DNA of 64,000 nt from Monocercomonoides exilis PA203 (lineage: Eukaryota > Protista > Preaxostyla), in NCBI GenBank assembly GCA_001643675.2, contig LSRY02000007.1:1860001-1924000 (forward strand), written 5' to 3'. Positions 57,301 through 64,000 of the stretch are shown piece by piece. A program made the translations under genes and the position numbers. The notes below the pieces were generated by a model that was given only the letters and a program-made list of their open reading frames with translations, had not been told where the DNA came from and searched no databases. Every line of letters starts with the position of its first letter. Positions within the stretch are counted from its first letter, which is position 1.

Positions 57301-60300
57301 CAAATTATTCTGGCTCACATCCTCTTTCATTTCAACATCTTCTTCCTTTCTTCCCTTCTTTCCTTCCAGTGAATGATTCAATGTTGCAAACTCGAATGGT
57401 TCTGAAATGCTGTTCAGTTGTGTTCTGTCTGCCGTCACCACCGTCGTTTTGACAGCCTTCGCACTCAGCTGCACCAGAGTCGATGGCTGACACATAGGCA
57501 CATTCGAAAAGGGAGATTCACACCCAAACTGATCATCCCCGAAATCAATGTCTTCTGAAACAGGATCATCATCATCGTCATCTCCTCCTCCTCCTCCGCC
57601 GCTTTTGCCTTGTCCTGCTGACTTCTTCTTCTTTTTCTTCTTCTTCTTCCCTGCTTGCAGCATGCTCCTCTGCATCAGTATATTCTTCATGTCTGCTTCT
57701 CCATTCTCATTCGCCTCAATCTGCCCTGTCAGAATGTGATCAAACTGGTCTACTCTAATTCCTCCTTCTCTTCCTTCTTCCTTTCCTTTCTCCTTCTCCT
57801 TCTCATTTTTCCCTTCTCCTCCTTCTCCCTCTCCCTCTCCCTCTCCCTCTCCATCATTGCCTTCCTTCGTCTTCATCGTCATTGTCAGTGCAAGCGCATC
57901 TCCCTCCGCAGAACTTGGTGTAAACCCGACCAAATTGAACAAGTCAACCAGCATCGTCTTCTTCACTCTGTTGTCCAACAACGACGACGACTGTAGCGAG
58001 GGCGATGTGTTCACCTCAATCACCCACGGCCTCAGTGTGTCGTCCAACAGGATGTCCACTCCATACAGCTCAAATCCCATGCGGGGGAAGCAGTGAAGCA
58101 GAGAGGATGTGACAGAGAGGCTTCTGAGTGCAGACAGTATGGCTTTGATGAGGGCGTCGAAGATGCGATGCATCAGACACACCACATCCACGTTGAGGAC
58201 GAGGCGCAGGTAGAGCAGAAGCTGAGTGAAGGTCCATTTGGTGCCGTCGCCGTCGCTGTCTCCGATCTCGACGATGTCTGGCGAGAGGAGAGAAGAAGGC
58301 AGGAAGTGGGAGGAGTTGGCGAGGGAGTCGTTGCTTTGGATCTGGCAGGTGTGGATAGGCTGTTTGGAGGAGGAGGAGGTGGTGGTGGTGGTGGTGGATG
58401 AAGAGGATGAGGAAGAAGAGGGAGAAGAAGAGGATGAAGTAGAAGATGATGAGGAAGAAGTTGAAATTGTTGATGAAGGCGAAGAAGAAGATGACGATGA
58501 CGATGTTCTGGATGAATGTGTTGAGTTTGTACTTGCAGATGATGTTGGTGACTGTGAATGAGGTGATGAAAGTTGCTCTTCAGGGAAGCTTTCGCCTTGC
58601 AGCCACTGAAACGTCAGTCTTCTCCTTCTCTTCTCCTTCTCCACTTCTTCCTCCATCTCCTTCTCTGTCAGCAGCCTCTTCAGCTTCATCGAGTAGAACA
58701 CACACTTTGCAGGGATCATCCATTCGTTCCCTTTCTTCTGCCACTCGTCTCTTCTCTTCTTGTTGATAGAGAAGTTGGTCAGATGGCTGTACTGCCCTTC
58801 GTCTTCATTCAAACGAGGTGACATCAAAGGCGATGAAGACGCAGGAGGAGAAGGCGAAGGAGAGAAAGGAGATGCTCCCCAGCTGCTGGGTGTGGCAGCA
58901 GAGGAAGAAGGGGGAAATGAAGATGAATTTGTAACACCAGAAGTGTTTGGAGCACCAGCGGTATATGAAGGGCTATTGTTGCATGGATCAGAAGGAGTAG
59001 GTGAGGAGACTGTTGAGGGGGCATCTATTCCTGTCCATGGATTGGATGCAAAGCGCACCATGCCCTCGCGATAGAAGTAGATGCGGAGAGGAGAGACGCC
59101 TGTGACAGCAACATACAAGCGAAGATCCACTTTGTATCCGTTGATTAGAAGAGGGTTGGGGATGTACTGCTGCACAACAGTGCGTTTAGTGAAGAATGTG
59201 GGGAGAGGCGAAGGAGAGGAAGAGCCTGCCGTGGGAGATGACAAGGACGCAGGGGAAGAAAACGAAGGGAGAGCAGAAGAGGCATTTGACGCAAAAGCTG
59301 GGGAAGAAGTCGAATTGTCATTGGATGGATACAAAGTGTCTAGTGATGTAGTGTGGCGAGGCTTAGCGCGCAAGGGGTCTGTGAGCGACTGGGGTGAATA
59401 AGGGTATTCGGAAGATATCCGAGTGTACTCTTCGGCTGTCCGGCGGACAAGCGCGATGGAGTTTGTGACAAGGCGGATTCCGTTGCCTCGCGCAGAGGCA
59501 ACAGGCTTGGCGATGTATAGAAGCGGAAAATTCTGATCCAAAATCTGAGAAGAAGAAGGCAAAGAAGATGGAGAAGGTTTGGTAGAAGAGGCTGACGAAT
59601 GAAAAGACGAGAGTTGAGTGCTTCCAGAATTCAAATCTGGCTGTTTGCGCATGTTCATTTGACTTGTTGCTGAATGAGCAGATGACAATGCAGGCATCAG
59701 AGATTCTTGCTTCGATAAGCAAAACGGAAGAGGTGAAAACGGAAGAAATTTTGCGTTTTGCGTTTGCTTTTTCGCATTTGTTGATGACAGTATTTTCTTC
59801 AATATGTTTCGTGAATTAATCCCTTCTATTTTCATTTGCTCAACGATGCTTGACTGAAATGAAGGATGTGATGGTTGTATCATTTCGAGAAAAGAAGGAT
59901 ACTTTCGAAGATATGGCATATACAATGCAGATTGAAAATGTAACATTCTTGAAGCAATATGTTGATGAAACAGTTTCACATCTTGCGGGAAGAGAAATGA
60001 AAGAGGATGGAACGCGTAATGTTCAGCACCGCGTGTTAGCAACATTCGATGAAGATTAATGGCAAATTTATCCTTTAAAAAAAGTATATCATAAAAGATA
60101 AATGGTCTATGTAAATAAATAGCAAACTTTTCTTCCCAATTCAAATGATGAAGGATAATGGCTAATTCGTTGAAAATGATGCATTTGAAGATAGTCTTTG
60201 AGTTTTTTTGGCGTTCCCCACATGCATATCCAACTTCCACCTTGATTCTCGCGAGTAAGGGTAAAGCCTGCATTGTCAAATATTTTTCGAAGGAGAATAG

Positions 60301-60543
60301 ATGATGGAGAAGTTAACTAAGAAAATAAAATTTTTAAAATTTCATAAAAGTTTTTAAAAATAATTATGATAATTAATATGTAAAAACCTTCATGCATGGT
60401 GTGAACTCAAAAGGTATATCAGTTGTAGTCTTCAGAATTCTGTTTTTTCCGAATAAAATTAAAGGTGGTGATTCTGGAAACAAAGGACAATAAATTTGTG
60501 CTTTTGGCTTTTGAATAAAAGCTTCCTGCATATGCATTTCCAT
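51376..60543 (-). CDS. TTLL4: Tubulin polyglutamylase, TTLL4/5-like, ~3013 aa with very large low-complexity insertions
   Basis: Introns at 60317-60387 and 60073-60127 restore PLFPESPPLILF and FQRISHYPSSFELGRKDKF. The TTL core is intact: YIAKPVASARGNGI, QQYIPNPLLINGYKVDLRLYV, HLTNFSINK and FELYGVDILLDDTLRPWVIEVNTSPSL. Downstream GGWMRIFP is also present. Confidence 0.88.
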
Positions 60544-60657
60544 TTTCAATGAAATCTATTATGCAGGATCACAAATTTTGTCCAAATAACAGCGAAAGTT
60601 AATTTCGATCATACCCAATATTAACAGCATTAAATAATTCAAAATTCATTTTTTTGA
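60544..60657. promoter_or_regulatory. Putative 114-bp bidirectional promoter (TTLL / PBZ genes)
   Basis: Divergent ATGs at 60543(-) and 60658(+), with two GATC sites (60567, 60607) between them. Confidence 0.5.
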
Positions 60658-61950
60658 ATGAGCGATAACGAAAAGAAAAAGGCACACCACAAAAAATTAA
60701 AAATTAATAAAATAAAGAATGATGATGATAGAAGCACTGACAGTGATGATGATGGAAGTGATCTTGCAGATTTTATTGTGAATGATGAAGATGAAGATTC
60801 TCAAATTAGAGGTGATCCATCACTTAACCCAGCAAAGCTTTGGACTTCTAGAGGAAGAAGATCTCATTCCCCTTCGAGAAAGCGCACATCACGTTCAAGA
60901 TCTCCTTCAGGCGTTCAATATCACGATTATAGTAGTAGCGAATCTTCGTGCTGTGAATCATACTATTCAAGTGATGGTGTATATGAACCAAGATCATATG
61001 ATGAAGAGTCTAGCTCGGAAGAAGATTTGAGTGATCTTGGTCCGGATAAGCTTCTTCCTCCTTTGCCTGGAACAAAGCCAAGAAAAAAGAACCGTCTGGT
61101 TTTAAAAAAGGATGGAAAATTACATCATAGAAAGCATGGAAATCATCAAACTCAATATCATACGGATGGAAGGCCAATTTGTTGGTATGATGAAAAATGC
61201 TTTCGAACAAATCCGAAGCATTACTTAGAATTTGCACACCCAAAAAAGGAAGAGGCTTTACTTCAAGAAAGCATAAATTCTCAACCACATTCTCCAGCAA
61301 TACCAGATGATCTTCAAGATTTCACTACAGAAAAGAATAATGAAAAAATCAAGGACTTCAGAGAAACAAAGGTGAACTATGAAAAGCCCACAAAATTAAA
61401 TGAAGAAACTACAATAAAAGAAAGAAAGGAGAATAAAGTGAAGACAGACTTCAAACATAACGAAATGAAAATATACAAAACAGAAAAAGAATCGAAAGTC
61501 GAAAAGGAAATTCATGATGATGGCAAGGAAGAGAAAGCTCGATATGAGCCAAAAGAAGAAACTCGTTATGATAATGGAAAAAGTGATAATCAAAGCAAAA
61601 CAACAGAAGAAGATGGAAGTTCACGTTCAGGGTCTTTGACTAGTTTTCATTCTTCATTTCTTCACGACACAAAGTTTGGAGCGGTTGTGCAAGCTGAGTC
61701 GAGTTCAGCTTTTAATGATTCCCAAAGCGGTGAAGATGAAATGATGTTTGCAGCTGTGAAAAAACAAAAACAAGAAAGTAAGAACACTTCAGTTGAATCA
61801 GGAGATAAAGAAGAAAATATCCAAGCAACTGCAAATATTCCACACGAAGGAAATGAAGCGCAAAGTGAACCGACTTCTTCATTGAACAAAGAGTTACCAA
61901 TACCAAGTGAAAAACCTGTTGAATATCAGCCTTCCTTTTTGGATTGCTAA
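60658..61950 (+). CDS. Disordered acidic/basic protein with PBZ (poly(ADP-ribose)-binding) zinc finger
   Basis: RPICWYDEKCFRTNPKHYLEFAHP fits the PBZ consensus CxYxxxCxRxNPxHxxxFxHP. The acidic motif SDLADFIVNDEDE lies near the N-terminus. Confidence 0.85.
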   Translation: MSDNEKKKAHHKKLKINKIKNDDDRSTDSDDDGSDLADFIVNDEDEDSQIRGDPSLNPAKLWTSRGRRSHSPSRKRTSRSRSPSGVQYHDYSSSESSCCESYYSSDGVYEPRSYDEESSSEEDLSDLGPDKLLPPLPGTKPRKKNRLVLKKDGKLHHRKHGNHQTQYHTDGRPICWYDEKCFRTNPKHYLEFAHPKKEEALLQESINSQPHSPAIPDDLQDFTTEKNNEKIKDFRETKVNYEKPTKLNEETTIKERKENKVKTDFKHNEMKIYKTEKESKVEKEIHDDGKEEKARYEPKEETRYDNGKSDNQSKTTEEDGSSRSGSLTSFHSSFLHDTKFGAVVQAESSSAFNDSQSGEDEMMFAAVKKQKQESKNTSVESGDKEENIQATANIPHEGNEAQSEPTSSLNKELPIPSEKPVEYQPSFLDC

Positions 61951-63009
61951 ATTGTTTTTTGTTTAGTTTTGTTTGCAATTTCTTTTAAATGGTTGTAATC
62001 TGTAATAATTGTTTAAAATAAATATTAATTTTTTTGTGAATTTATATCTTTAAATAATATTATTGCGAATGAATTACAAAAGCTTGAAAAAAGATTGAAA
62101 CAAGAAAAAGAAAAGAAAAGAAAAGGTTTTCAATCAAAAATATGACGTGAAAGCTATAATTATTTTTTGTATAATTATAAAGTGCTTTATTGTGTTGTAC
62201 TGAGTTTTTTATCAATCATTATTATTGAATTTTGAATATTTTTTTCCACTTTTGTTAAATTCCTTTTTTGCACTGAGTCCAAATTATGAATTGAATATCT
62301 CAAATAAAAATAAAAACCCTAAACAAAAAGTTGGAAATAACTTGTTTGATACATGAATTTTGTTCCACACAATTATTTCAAGTATTTTTCTAAATTTGTT
62401 ATTATTTTTCTCAATAATTTCAAAACTTATAATTTCTCAAACAGTTTCCAATGAATTTTTTTTTTTTTTTTTTTTTTTTGAGAGATAAAGATAGAGAGAG
62501 ACAAATGAAAAACCTAAGATTCAAAACAAACTTTATTTTCTTTGCTTTTTCAAATAGAAATTCAATTGTGTCATAACAAATCTGTCTCTTCTTTCACTTA
62601 TTGTGTTAGCATCCGTCTATCTGTCAATGATGTTGAAAATCAAAAAAATAAAAAAATAAAAAAAACATGACTAATTTCGAGAATAAATACTGACTTTCAA
62701 GGTTCTTTTGTTAAATGTCATGAAAATTGTTTCACTCATAATATTATAAATTTTACTTGGATTTCAAAATGAATTTATTTTATTCATCAGTCAACAGGCA
62801 TCATTGATATCACAACATATTGTTTTGTGATGTTATTTGAATTTGAAAAAATAATCACATTTATCTTATATTTTTTGATCACAAAAAGTTGATCTGATTT
62901 GTATTTATTTTCAGAGAGAAAGTAAATATTGTCATTTTTTGTCTTATTTCCAAAAAAATTTACAGGTTTTTAGAAGAAAAATGAAAGTTGAAAAAAAGAA
63001 AATTCAACA

Positions 63010-63415
63010 TAGTTTGTGTTAATAACTGTGGGCACTTTCTATAACTGTGGACAGTGGCATTATTTCAACAACCATTGATAGTTGCATTTCGACAATTAAC
63101 ACAATTATTCCTTCAAAGAATATGAACGAATGTGATTTATTTCAATCGCACATCCAATACAATGAAATCATATATAAATCATTTTTTCTTTTCGGAGAAA
63201 TCCGGAGTAATGAGATTCTCCAAGTTTATCCGAAAATAGAAAATGTTATTTTCAATATTACTGGAAGCTCGTTGATTCATTGACATACGTGTTATAAGTT
63301 TGTATTCAATGAGGGAATAATTGGGATTATAGTCAAAATGAAACTATCAACAGTTGTTGAGATAATGCCACTGTCCACAGTTATTGAAAGTGTCCACCAT
63401 TATAAACACTAACTA
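63010..63415. mobile_element. MITE, ~110-bp imperfect TIRs flanked by TA
   Basis: TAGTTTGTGTTAATAACTGTGGGCACTTTCTATAACTGTGGACAGTGGCATTATTTCAACAAC... pairs with the reverse complement of ~63301-63415 (TAGTTAGTGTTTATAATGGTGGACACTTTCAATAACTGTGGACAGTGGCATTATCTCAACAAC...). TA occurs at 63010-63011 and 63414-63415. Confidence 0.85.
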
Positions 63416-64000
63416 TTTTGGAGATGTTTGTTTTGAATTATCAAATGGGTGATTCTTTTTGATTTCATATTTCTTATATCAAAATTTCCGAATCAACAGT
63501 TTTTCGAAAATACTTGAAAAACAAGTTTTTGTTGTTGAAAAATCAGAAATGAACTTTTCTATTCTTCCACGACAACTTGCATCAGAAAGACAATAATTTG
63601 ATAGAATGTGAAGCTTTTTTGAAAATTCAATACAAATAAACAATGAATGAGAAAATTACGCACACTCCGAAAAAGAAATTTTTTTTTTATAATTGCAGTG
63701 GTTTTTTGATGTTTCATATAGATCATTTGCAACATTTGATAAAGATAAAGTTGACAACTTTGGTTTAAAATGAAAATTGATTCAAAATTTATTGCTGTTA
63801 TCTTGAGTATCAAAAATATTTTTTAATTCTCTAAAAATATGACAACTTCATTCAAACATTAATTTCCTCATCAGTTATTATTTTATTTAACTAATTTTTT
63901 TCGTTGCTTCCATATGCTTCATAAATCAATTTCATCGAAGTTTATGAAATTAAAAAGAATGTGTCATTGGCAGAAATCATATTAATGCAAATATTAATTT

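Noticed and set aside
60073-60279. N-terminal 69 aa of the 2967-aa ORF as given in the track
   Set aside because: This is an out-of-frame exon plus an intron. Splicing gives the conserved TTLL N-terminal motifs instead.
1-64000. CRISPR arrays, rRNA, tRNA, telomeric repeats, retroelement or viral ORFs
   Set aside because: None were recognised by eye. Small structured RNAs cannot be excluded without tRNAscan-SE or Infernal.

Overview
AT-rich, intron-containing eukaryotic genomic DNA using the standard genetic code (genes end in TAA, TAG or TGA). The style suggests a metamonad protist such as the oxymonad Monocercomonoides: short GT-AG introns, poly-Ser/poly-Glu microsatellite tracts in proteins, and a giant beta-helix receptor-like gene. 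This attribution is inference only. About 16 genes are supported: a DDX3/Ded1 helicase (truncated by the window edge), a LEA-like protein, a HAD phosphatase, a hypothetical protein, a 4146-aa intronless receptor-like pseudokinase, a UFD1-zinc-finger-UIM protein, a small hypothetical protein, a multi-pass membrane protein, an A20/AN1 zinc finger protein, CDC50, cytosolic HSP70, a CCDC191/Sfi1-like coiled-coil protein, topoisomerase III, a TM-TPR protein with two degenerate Fic-like motifs, a ~3000-aa TTLL4-like glutamylase and a PBZ-finger protein. Several structures are invisible in the ORF track. A 6.17-kb element (9021-15189) is bounded by perfect 28-bp terminal inverted repeats and a target duplication, and carries a decayed armadillo-repeat gene with no recognisable transposase (Pack-type DNA element). 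Three MITE-like foldback elements lie at 15307-15517, 15611-15863 and 63010-63415. A GATC motif lies just upstream of most start codons.
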